Positions 12,377 to 24,454 of a stretch of 64,000 nt of DNA are shown here, in pieces. Source of the stretch: Eledone cirrhosa (Eukaryota); assembly GCA_964016885.1 (NCBI GenBank), contig OZ024761.1, forward strand, positions 8,308,001-8,372,000, written 5' to 3'. Made by a program: the position numbers and the translations under genes. The notes beneath the pieces were generated by a model. It had not been told where the DNA came from. It saw nothing but the letters and a program-made list of their open reading frames with translations, and made no database searches. Every line of letters begins with the position of its first letter. Positions within the stretch are counted from its first letter, which is position 1.

Positions 12377-12755
12377 TATCTATGTCATTAACTCTTTCAT
12401 TACCATATTTCTAATAAAGACACTGTCTATTCCTTTAACCCTTTCATTACCATATTTCTAATAAAGACACTGTCTATTCCTTTAACCCTTTCATTACCAT
12501 ATTTCTAATAAAGACACTGTCTATTCCTTTAACCCTTTCATTACCATATTTCTAATAAAGACACTGTCTATTCCTTTAACCCTTTCATCACCATATTTCT
12601 AATAAAGACACTGTCTATTCCTTTAACCCTTTCATTACCATATTTCTAATAAAGACACTGTCTATTCCTTTAACCCTTTCATTACCATATTTCTAATAAA
12701 GACACTGTCTATTCCTTTAACCCTTTCATTACCATATTTCTAATAAAGACACTGC
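12377..12755. repeat. 47-bp variant of the MITE-end array (~8 units)
   Basis: Unit TTAACCCTTTCATTACCATATTTCTAATAAAGACACTGTCTATTCCT. Confidence 0.92.
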
Positions 12756-12805
12756 TTATTTTTTAAATAATTTGTGAAATAATCAAGAATTTAGAGGGAT
12801 TTAAT

Positions 12806-12992
12806 AATTGTTACTACTTTTGACACAATGCCAGCAATTATCCCAGTGAATTACTGGTGCTTTATTTTATCAACCACATAAGCATGAAAGGCAAAGCTAA
12901 CCTTGGCGGGATTTGAACTCAGAACCTAAAGGGCCATAACTCTATGCTGCAAAGCATGGCGTCTGACGCTCTACCGATACTGCCAATCCACT
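12806..12992 (-). mobile_element. tRNA-derived SINE family 1 (Meta-domain-like)
   Basis: A/B-box-like head, GCCTTTCAT..GATAAAATAAAGCACC core and short AT-rich tail. Confidence 0.85.
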
Positions 12993-13275
12993 CTCATTTT
13001 CAAGTTGGTGTTTCAAACATAATTTAACAAAGATTCTTTATACAGAATTATGATGGATAGGGACCCAAGAGAGACCTGAGCAGAGGGTTGTTTGAGCCAA
13101 TCTCACAGCCTGGTTGATAGAGGACCGAGACAATTGGAGAGATGCTATGCTGGAAAAACAGACATAAAACAGTGATGATGATGATGATGCTAAACATTTT
13201 AAAACAGTTTTGTATCGTAGAACCATGGGCGGATTCAGGTGGTTTGGTACTGGGAGGACTATAGTCATCATTTAA

Positions 13276-14621
13276 TCCTTTACCATTTACATTACTCTAT
13301 ATATACTATTGTATTTTCACAGTAAAGGCTTTACCTCACATAACATTTACATTACTCTATATATACTATTGTATTTTCACGGTAAAGGCTTTACCTCACA
13401 TAACATTTACATTACTCTATATTTACTATTATATTTATGAAAATATGATAGTAAATATAGAGTAATGTAAATGTTATGTGAGATAAAGCCTTTACCATGA
13501 AAATACAATAGTATATATAGAGTAATGTAAATGTTATGTAAGATAAAGCCTTTACCATGAAAATACAATAGTATATATAGAGTAATGTAAATGTTATGTA
13601 AGATAAAGCCTTTACCATGAAAATACAATAGTATATATAGAGTAATGTAAATGTTATGTAAGATAAAGCCTTTACCATGAAAATACAATAGTATATATAG
13701 AGTAATGTAAATGTTATGTAAGATAAAGCCTTTACCATGAAAATACAATAGTATATATAGAGTAATGTAAATGTTATGTAAGATAAAGCCTTTACCATGA
13801 AAATACAATAGTATATATAGAGTAATGTAAATGTTATGTAAGATAAAGCCTTTACCATGAAAATACAATAGTATATATAGAGTAATGTAAATGTTATGTG
13901 AGATAAAGCCTTTACCATGAAAATACAATAGTATATATAGAGTAATGTAAATGTTATGTAAGATAAAGCCTTTACCGTGAAAATACAATAGTATATATAG
14001 AGTAATGTAAATGCTATGTAAGATAAAGCCTTTACCATGAAAATACAATAGTATATATAGAGTAATGTAAATGTTATGTAAGATAAAGCCTTTACCATGA
14101 AAATACAATAGTATATATAGAGTAATGTAAATGTTATGTGAGGTAAAGACTTTACCATGAAAATACAATAGTAAATATAGAGTAATGTAAATGCTATGTA
14201 AGATAAAGCCTTTACTGTGAAAATACAATAGTATATATAGAGTAATGTAAATGTTATGTGAGGTAAAGCCTTTACTGTGAAAATACAATAGTATATATAG
14301 AGTAATGTAAATGTTATGTGAGGTAAAGCCTTTACCATGAAAATATAATAGTATATATAGAGTAATGTAAATGTTATGTGAGGTAAAGACTTTACCATGA
14401 AAATACAATAGTAAATATAGAGTAATGTAAGTGTTATGTGAGGTAAAGACTTTACCATGAAAATACAATAGTATATATAGAGTAATGTAAATGCTATGTA
14501 AGATAAAGCCTTTACTGTGAAAATACAATAGTATATATAGAGTAATGTAAATGTTATGTAAGATAAAGCCTTTACCATGAAAATACAATAGTATATATAG
14601 AGTAATGTAAATGCTAAAGGG
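13276..14621. mobile_element. Foldback piggyBac-type MITE derivative with 60-bp subterminal tandem array
   Basis: TTAA|TCCTTTACCATTTAC ... GTAAATGCTAAAGGG|TTAA. About 2.5 inverted units on the left and ~20 direct units on the right. The unit matches the right end of the 5268-5463 MITE. Confidence 0.85.
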
Positions 14622-14900
14622 TTAAGTCAAATGTTCTCATTACCTCTAATTACAAAAAGAAGGGTGTGATTATTTCTGTTGGTGAAATTGTCATCTGATC
14701 TTACAATAATACATAATTATTGCAATTGTCACTGAGTTTGTTGTTGGATCCTTAGCAGTATTATAGAGGGATTTTTTAGGTCAGCAACAAAACAACGAAA
14801 ATTACAGTTGGTGTTTCATGCTGTTGAAGAGAAGACCTCGCCATATTGTGTGTATGTATGTATGTAAGTAATGTATTAAATGCATATATATATATATATA

Positions 14901-15243
14901 TGGAGGCACATGGCTTAGTGGTTAGAGCATTGGCCTTGCAATCGAAAGGTTGTGAGTTCAATTCTCAGACCGGGTGATGTGTTGTTTCCTTGAGCAAGAC
15001 ACTTTATTTCACATTGCTCCAGTTTACTCAGCTGTAGAAATGAGATGATAGGGACTGGGGTCCATATCATTCCACTGCAAAGTGGTCGTGGAGGTGCCAC
15101 GGCAAAAAAGCACCCAACACTCACTGTAAATGAGGTTGGTGTTAGGAAGGGCATCCAGCTGTAGAAATCAAGCCAGAATCAGTTCCCGTCCCACCCTTGC
15201 AAGCAGGGAAAAAGCGGACGTAAAATGAAATGATGATGATGAT
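14901..15243 (+). mobile_element. tRNA-derived SINE family 2 with CORE-like domain and RTE-derived tail
   Basis: A box TGGCTTAGTGG, B box GAGTTCAATTC, CCTTGAGCAAG core, RTE 3' UTR and (GAT)n. Confidence 0.88.
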
Positions 15244-15287
15244 ATATATGTCTGTGTGAGTGTGTGTGTGTATGTATGCAATATACA

Positions 15288-16463
15288 TTAGGGGCTGTCG
15301 AAACACAACCATTTTTAAGAAACCTTAATTCCATGGTATGCACAGAGTTTCAAATAGTATTTTAAATAAAATATATGAAAATTAGGGTTATGTGATCCCT
15401 CCCCCCCATACCCCTTGCATACACCTCCCACAATTAAATAACCTAATTTTCTATATCAATCATATAATCTCTAACACATATATACTAAATTCCTTATGGA
15501 TGTGAAACATTTGATCATATTTCACTGTAGAAATCTTGTTTAAAACATCTGGTGAATAAAGATAGCAAAAACATTGAGATACAAGACAATTGGTTGGTAC
15601 CACTCCAACATGGTAAAATTACAACTTTTCAATATGTGCTAAATTAATTTTTTTTTAGAAAATGTATCATCATCGTCATCATCATCGATTAACATCTATC
15701 TTCCACACTAGCATGGGTTAGACGTGTTTGTCCCAATTAGAGGCAAGTTGGGTCGGGTGACCGTGTCTTGTTCATATAGGAGAGTTTCTGGCTGGTTTTC
15801 TACGGTTGGATGCCCTTCCTAACACCAATCACATTGACAGTGTGGGCTGGGTGCTTTTTGTTGTGTCACCTACACAACCACTTATTTTATGCCGTTCACT
15901 GTTCATGCATTTCGTTTGATGTTCGAACATAGTGTTTTTTATTGCATATCATAATAGTCATTAAGAATTTACACTATTTATACGAAGGGCGGTGGATTGG
16001 CAGTATCGGTAGAGGGTCGGACGGCAAGCTTTACAGCAAAGAGTTACGGCCCTTTATGATCCGAGTTCAAATCCCGCCGAGGTTAACTTTGCCTTTCATC
16101 CTTACGGGGGTCGATAAAATAAAGTACCAGTAATACACTGGGATAATTGCTGGCCTTGTGCCAAAAAGTAGAAACAATTATTTATACGTTGAAAGTGCTT
16201 TTCTTAATATAGGCATTTTTTGTTAAAAAAATTAATACAAACTAAATAAATAAATAGATTCCAATAACTGTTTTTTTTTTCAGTGCGGGGGGGGGGGGGG
16301 GAGATACTATTTATAAAAAGTTATATAGGTAATATTTAACCAATACAAAGTTAATAGCATTAAAACAAGTTTACAGTTCCTTAAATTTTCAGTATTCAAA
16401 AGGCAGAATTATAAACACCAAGCAATATGTGGAATCAGAATATAAAATTTCGACCCCACCTAA
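15288..16463. mobile_element. Possible non-autonomous DNA transposon hosting SINE/LINE tails
   Basis: Imperfect TIRs TTAGGGGCTGTCGAAA / TTTCGACCCCACCTAA. Confidence 0.35.
15988..16180 (+). mobile_element. SINE family 1, full length
   Basis: GGCGGTGGATTGGCAGTATCGGTAGAG...GAGTTCAAATCCCGCC...AGTAGAAACAAT. Confidence 0.9.
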
Positions 16464-16766
16464 TCATCATCATCATCATCATCACCATTTTACGTCCGTT
16501 CTTCCACGCTAGCATGGGTTAGACGGGTTGTCCTGTTGTGGGCAGTGTCTGGTCGGCTGACCATGCCTTGCTCATACAGGAACTGATTCTGGCTTCATTT
16601 CTACAGCTGGATGCCCTTCCTAACACCAACCTCATTTACAGTGAGTGCTGGGTGCTTTTTTGCCGTGGCGCCTACACGTCCACTTTACAGTGTGGGCTGG
16701 GTGCTTTTTTGTCGTGGCACCTCCACGACCACCTTGCAGTGGGGGGTGTGGGGGCATATTGTCTAA
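16464..16766 (-). mobile_element. RTE family A 3' UTR
   Basis: Reverse complement of ~8470-8770. Confidence 0.9.
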
Positions 16767-16825
16767 TATACATATATATGTTGCACCACCCCCAGCCCAC
16801 CCTCCCATACATCTTTCATGAGGAC

Positions 16826-17832
16826 AGGCCCAAACACTGTAAAGTGGTCGTGATGATGACACAGTAAAAAGCATCCAGCCCACCCACACTGTAAATGAGG
16901 TTGTGTAGGTATCATGGCAAAAAAACACCCAGCCCTCACTGTAAAGTGGTTGTGTAGGTATCATGGCAAAAAAACACCCAGCCCACACTGTAAATGAGGT
17001 TGTGTAGGTATCATGGCAAAAAAACACCCAGCCCTCACTGTAAAGTGGTTGTGTAGGTATCATGGCAAAAAAACACCCAGCCCACACTGTAAATGAGGTT
17101 GTGTAGGTATCATGGTAAAAAAACACCCAGCCCACACTGTAAAGTGGTTGTGTAGGTATCATGGCAAAAAAACACCCAGCCCACACTGTAAATGAGGTTG
17201 TGTAGGTATCATGGCAAAATAACACCCAGCCCACACTGTAAAGTGGTTGTGTAGGTATCATGGCAAAAAAACACCCAGCCCACACTGTAAATGAGGTTGT
17301 GTAGGTATCATGGCAAAATAACACCCAGCCCACACTGTAAAGTGGTTGTGTAGGTATCATGGCAAAAAAACACCCAGCCCACACTGTAAAGTGGTTGTGT
17401 AGGTATCATGGCAAAACACCCAGCCCACACTGTAAATGAGGTGTGTAGGTATCATGGCAAAATAACACGCAGCCCACACTGTAAATGAGCTTGTGTAGGT
17501 ATCATGGCAAAAAAACACCCAGCCCACACTCTAAAGTGGTTGTGTAGGTATCATGGCAAAAAACACCCAGCCCACACTGTAAATGAGGTTGTGTAGGTAT
17601 CATGGCAAAAAAACACCCAGCCCACACTGTAAAGTGGTTGTGTAGGTATCATGGCAAAAAACCACCCAGCCCACACTGTAAATGAGGTTGATGTTAGGAA
17701 GGGCATCCAGTTCTGTATGAGCAAGACATGGTCACCTGACCTAGAATTGCCCACAACAGGATAACTCATTTAACTCATGCTAGCGTGGAAAAATTGACGT
17801 AAAACGGTGATGATGATAATGATGATGATGAT
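16826..17832 (+). repeat. RTE 3' UTR with an internal ~50-bp unit amplified ~17 times
   Basis: Unit CCCAGCCCACACTGTAAA(TGA/GT)GGTTGTGTAGGTATCATGGCAAAAAAACA, then the normal RTE end with (GAT)n. Confidence 0.88.
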
Positions 17833-17935
17833 GTGTGTATGTATGCAATATCATCATCATCATCATCATCAACATTTACCATCCATTTTTCCACTATATA
17901 TGTATATATACATGTATTCTTGGGTCCCAAATAAT

Positions 17936-18124
17936 TGTTTCTACTTTAGGCACAAGGCCAGCAAATTACCCCCAGTGCATTACTGGTACTTTATTTTATC
18001 GACCCTGTAAGGATGAAAGGCAAAGTCAACCTGGGCGGGATTTGAACTCAGATCATAAAGGGAGGTAACTATGCTGGAAAGCATAGCGTCCGACCCTCTA
18101 CCGATACTGCCAATCCACCGCCCA
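17936..18124 (-). mobile_element. SINE family 1 with 15-bp TSD
   Basis: TSD TGGGTCCCAAATAAT at 17921-17935 and 18125-18139. Confidence 0.9.
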
Positions 18125-18340
18125 TGGGTCCCAAATAATAAGGGGGGGGGGGGGGTAAACAGGGGAGGGAGGGTTGTTGGACATTTTCTTAAATCCTTAT
18201 AAGCAGAGGGAGGGGAATAAACAAGGAGGGGTAATCAGTAATTGTATAGTGTACGTTTGTAAATATGGGGTTTCTTGTAATGCACTTTTTTTTGTCATAT
18301 ATGTTCTTTTAATGTAAAATAAAATTATTATTAGATTCTC

Positions 18341-19950
18341 CGGTGGATTGGCAGTATCGGTAGAGGGTCGGACACCATGGCAGTATCGGTAGAGGGTCGG
18401 ACGCCATGGCAGTATCGGTAGAGGGTCGGACGCCATGGCAGTATCGGTAGAGGGTCGGACGCCATGGCAGTTTCAGTAGAGGGTTGGACGCCATGGCAGT
18501 TTCAGTAGAGGGTCGGACGCCATGGCAGTATCGGTAGAGGGTCGGACGCCATGGCAGTATCGGTAGAGGGTCGGACGCCATGGCAGTATCGGTAGAGGGT
18601 CGGACGCCATGGCAGTTTCAGTAGAGGGTTGGACGCCATGGCAGTATCTGTAGAGGGTCGGACGCCATGGCAGTATCAGTAGAGAGTTGGACGCCATGGC
18701 AGTTTCAGTAGAGGGTTGGACACCATGGCAGTATCAGTAGAGGGTTGGACACCATGGCAGTATCAGTAGAGGGTTGGACACCATGGCAGTTTCAGTAGAG
18801 GGTTGGACACCATGGCAGTATCAGTAGAGGGTCGGACGCCATGGCAGTATCTGTAGAGGGTTGGACGCCATGGCAGTTTCAGTAGAGGGTTGGACACCAT
18901 GGCAGTATCAGTAGAGGGTCGGACGCCATGGCAGTATCGGTAGAGGGTCGGACGCCATGGCAGTATCAGTAGAGGGTCGGACGCCATGGCAGTATCTGTA
19001 GAGGGTTGGACGCCATGGCAGTATCGGTAGAGAGTTGGACGCCATGGCAGTTTCAGTAGAGGGTCGGACGCCATGGCAGTTTCAGTAGAGGGTCGGACGC
19101 CATGGCAGTATCGGTAGAGGGTCGGACGCCATGGCAGTATCAGTAGAGGGTCGGACGCCATGGCAGTATCGGTAGAGGGTCGGACGCCATGGCAGTATCG
19201 GTAGAGGGTCGGACGCCATGGCAGTTTCAGTAGAGGGTCGGACGCCATGGCAGTTTCAGTAGAGGGTCGGACGCCATGACAGTTTCAGTAGAGGGTTGGA
19301 CACCATGGCAGTATCAGTAGAGGGTTGGACGCCATGGCAGTATCAGTAGAGAGTTGGACGCCATGGCAGTTTCAGTAGAGGGTTGGACGCCATGGCAGTT
19401 TCAGTAGAGGGTCGGACGCCATGGCAGTATCGGTAGAGGGTCGGACGCCATGGCAGTATCGGTAGAGGGTCGGACGCCATGGCAGTATCGGTAGAGGGTC
19501 GGACGCCATGGCAGTATCGGTAGAGGGTCGGACGCCATGGCAGTTTCAGTAGAGGGTCGGACGCCATGGCAGTATCGGTAGAGGGTCGGACGCCATGGCA
19601 GTTTCAGTAGAGAGTTGGACGCCATGGCAGTTTCAGTAGAGGGTCGGACGCCATGGCAGTATCTGTAGGGGGTCGGACGCCATGGCAGTATCTGTAGGGG
19701 GTCGGACGCCATGGCAGTATCTGTAGAGGGTTGGACGCCATGGCAGTATCGGTAGAGGGTCGGACGCCATGGCAGTATCGGTAGAGGGTCGGACGCCATG
19801 CTTTCTAGCACAGTTACGTCCCTTTACAGTCTGAGTTCAAATCCCGCCGAGGTTGACTTTGCCTTTCATCCTTACGGGGTCGATAAAATAAAGTACCAGT
19901 AATGTACTGGGTCATTGCTGGCCTTGTGCCAATAGTAGAAACAATTATTA
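18341..19950 (+). mobile_element. SINE family 1 with a 29-bp head segment amplified ~50 times (18350-19800)
   Basis: Normal start CGGTGGATT, then unit GGCAGTATCGGTAGAGGGTCGGACGCCAT, then B box, core and tail. Flanked by an ATTATTAG(A/G)TTCTC duplication. Confidence 0.92.
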
Positions 19951-20119
19951 GGTTCTCCGGCTGCTGTATCAATATGAATCACTTACAATAAAATTTCGCC
20001 AGAGATAGATTAGCAAAATTTAATAAGCCGGGGGAGGGGGTGGGGATATCTGAAAAATTAATATTATTCAATATCTGAGAGTATATATATATGTGTATGT
20101 ATGTATATATATATATATA

Positions 20120-20470
20120 TCATCATCATCATCATCATCATCATCATTATTTTACGTCCGCTTTTCCCCTGCTTGCAAGGGTGCGACGGGAACTGATTCT
20201 GGCTTGATTTCTACAGCTGGATGCCCTTCCTAACACCAACCCTATTTACAGTGAGTGCTGGGTGCTTTTTTGCCGTGGCACCTCCACGACCACTTTGTAG
20301 TGGAATGATAGGGACCCCAGTCCCTATCATCTAATTTCTACAGCTGAGTTAACTGGAGCAATGTGAAATAAAGTGTCTTGCTCAAGGAAACAACACATCA
20401 CCCGGACTGAGAATTGAACTCACAACCTTTCGATTGCAAGGCCAATGCTCTAACCACTAAGCCATGTGCC
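20120..20470 (-). mobile_element. SINE family 2
   Basis: Reverse complement of 14901-15243. Confidence 0.9.
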
Positions 20471-21398
20471 TATATATATATTTACCTAAACTGCGATTAT
20501 CTGTTTCTCTCTTTCTCTCTTACTGCTCCCCCGTTCTCTCTGTTTCTCTTACCTTCTTTCGTCTCCTCTGTCAGTTAACACTTTTTCTCTCGACTGACCT
20601 CTTCCTCGCACTTCCACTCACCCACTCTCTGTTTCTCCCCTTCTCACTTCCTCCCGTTCGCTATTAGTGGGGTTCCTTCTTTCTCACACCGCATTCACGG
20701 CGTACGGTCTGCTTCTCTGACCGCTCATGAAATTCACCCAGCTTATGCTGATCGGATAACTATCATGTGGCTTGCTGTTTTTCCAACCTTCGGTTTGCTT
20801 TTCCTTCTGTTGTTTACTTGTCTCACTCACTTTACGCGTTTCACTTGTCCCAATAGCTTATTTTAGTTATTGCTCGCACCAACCTGAGGTATCTGATTTT
20901 TAATGCGATGAAATACCAATGATGGTTGGCAAATCACTGATGAGGGACTAATTTTATAATATGTAATCCATGTGCAACCATGCAGTATTCTTCTCCCCTT
21001 GTTTTTCATATATATATATATATATAAAAGCCCTCTTTTTTTTTGCCAAGAAAACATTGGAGCATCTCTGACAAATGAGACAGGGCAACGTCATGAGGCA
21101 TCCTGCAGTTGGTCAGTTGCACCAAAACTGCATCTCGGGGGGGAGCCCATGGCACTTCAGGTTTGAGCCCACCCACACCCCTCCCCCTCATACACAAAAA
21201 ACATTCCAAAACCACAGTACACCACCTGACAGTGACTGATGCATCCAAAGAGCTTAGCCAAAAGCACAGAACACCATCTGACACACTACTTGCCTGACAA
21301 CGACCGACATATCCAGAGATATCACCAAAAAACACATGTGCATATGAATACTTGCAGCTTCACTCTGCACACTTTTGTCCCCCTGAAGTCATTACTTC

Positions 21399-21741
21399 AT
21401 CATCATCATCATCATCATCATTTTACGTCCGCTTTTCCCTGCTTGCAAGGGTGGGATGGGACCTGATTCTGGCTTGATTTCTACAGCTGGATGCCCTTCC
21501 TAACACCAACCTCATTTACAGTGAATGCTGGGTGCTTTTTTGCCGTGGCACCTCCACGACCACTTTGCAGTGGAATGATAGGGACCCCAGTCCCTATCAT
21601 CTCATTTCTACAGCTGAGTAAACAGGACCAATGTGAAATAAAGTGTCTTGCTCAAGGAAACAACACATCACCCGGTCTGAGAATTGAACTCACAACCTTT
21701 CGATTGCAAGGCCAATGCTCTAACCACTAAGCCATGTGCCT

Positions 21742-21744
<3 letters not shown>
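21399..21744 (-). mobile_element. SINE family 2
   Basis: Reverse complement of 14901-15243. Confidence 0.9.
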
Positions 21745-22652
<908 letters not shown>

Positions 22653-23184
22653 TCAACCATCGCTTGAAATCTACATTTTCATATTACAAACGCTACCAGG
22701 ATTGAACGCCTGTCTCCATCTCCGTTTGATTGTCAAAATACATATTAACATTCTCTATTAGTCTTAATTCTATCAACTCTTCTATTCTTTACCATTTAAT
22801 ATAAACTGCTACAGATAAAATGAGATTTCTTAATTCAATTCCCTAATGCATATACCAGCAGGCTACCAGCATTGTTGTTATATAGTAGCAGTGAAAATCT
22901 CCCTCTTCCTTAATTGACACTTTATATCTATTATTACTACTACACCAAATGACCAGCTCTGTCCATTGTTCAATTGGTGAAATATAGATTAAAATAGGCA
23001 CTCCCAAAAATTCTTATTTAAATAAAATAAGCCATATACTCATTGTATTCTCATTAGAAACCTTCTATATACTTGTTTACCAGCAAATTGAATTACCATC
23101 TGTCATATACTATCCCCTCTCTTCTTCCTTTCTTACAACTAATATAAATACTTCAATTTTTCTGATTTTTTTCCAATTTATCCA

Positions 23185-23284
23185 ATATCTCTGAAGAAGT
23201 GACAACTGATTATACATTTGCTATCGAATACTTGCTAACATTATATGATTACGCAAGCAGCCATACAGAAACATATGTCAATAT
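23185..23284 (+). ncRNA. Degenerate type I hammerhead motif with long loop II
   Basis: ATATCT-CTGAAGA-(70 nt)-GAAA-C-ATAT-GTC-AATAT. Loop III is palindromic, stem I has a 1-nt loss and stem II is poor. Confidence 0.45.
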
Positions 23285-23352
23285 GTTACAGAAACATATG
23301 TCAATACCTAATAAATTCCTTTATAAAAGCACTTTCATTTTATATTCATCTT

Positions 23353-23404
<52 letters not shown>

Positions 23405-23472
23405 GTTATTCCGGGTTGAGTCGGAGGTAACGACAGTAAGGTACTCACTTATATATATATATATATACATAC

Positions 23473-23505
<33 letters not shown>

Positions 23506-23723
23506 CATACATACATATAGTATTAGTTATACTATTTATGGTTATGTAAATACAAAACCTTATGCAGTTATAAGTATTTTACACACACCCTAAATAGTGG
23601 TAGGCAGTAATGTATTACTACCTTATTACCAGTAAGTTAAGTAGCTCAATGTAAAAACATCAGATGATTTACAGAGCAGTTATATGAAATATAAGAATCA
23701 AAGAACTGTTCAAAACATTATTG

Positions 23724-23770
23724 TGCTTACAGCTGTTTCCTCCAAACCGAGGTTTGGATTCTTCGGAGCA
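23724..23770 (-). ncRNA. Minimal type I hammerhead motif (CCGAAGA core variant) in a Penelope-like pseudo-LTR
   Basis: Minus strand: TGCT-CCGAAGA-A-TCCAAACC-TC-GGTTTGGA-G-GAAA-C-AGCT-GTA-AGCA. Confidence 0.75.
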
Positions 23771-24179
23771 ATTTATTAATGCATGGACAGTTATATGACC
23801 TCCTTTTCAGCCGAGAGACATACCGATACATATTCAAACATTGATACATATTCAAACTTTGTGGGTCAACATTCATTACAGAATTTAGAGTGGCAGTACA
23901 CACTTCGAGATTACATTTATATTAAGAGGTACAATCAAAAATCAAAAATACAGGTTAAAATACAACATGAAGATAAGCGGTTATATAGTGCAAATGTTAT
24001 ATGTGTGGCACGCATGTGCGTCTTGTTTATATAGTGTGGCAGAGAGATGTGTGGTAGAGGCACTTAGGTACGTAAACAAGAGTGTTAGGTTGGTAGATCT
24101 GGTGGCAAATTCTTTATATGATTGATATAGTCTGTGTGTGGAGAAATGTTATAAGCATACATATATATATATATATATG

Positions 24180-24442
24180 TCTGTGTGAGGAGCGCGATGC
24201 TGCATGGTAGTGAGACATGGGCAGCAACTGCAGAGGATGTGCGACGGCTGGAGAGAAATGAGGCAAGCGTGGCACACTGTAAATGTGGTTGGTGTTAGGA
24301 AGGGCATCCAACTGTAGAAAACCTGCCAGACAGTCCTATGCGAGCAAGACAATCACTCTTGCCTCAAGTGGGACTACCCCTGTCCAAACCCATGCAAGCG
24401 TGGAACACGGACGTTAAACGTTGATGATGATGATGATGATGA
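24180..24442 (+). mobile_element. Internally deleted RTE fragment fused to a 3' UTR
   Basis: AMLHGSETW..ERNEAS joined directly to CACACTGTAAATGTGG...(GAT)n. Confidence 0.75.
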
Positions 24443-24454
24443 TATATATATATG

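Noticed and set aside
14901-14975. tRNA gene
   Set aside because: A and B boxes are present but there is no proper acceptor or anticodon stem, and it continues into SINE body in four copies.
20932-20970. CTGATGAG-GGA..TCC hammerhead start
   Set aside because: No GAAA or stem III follows.
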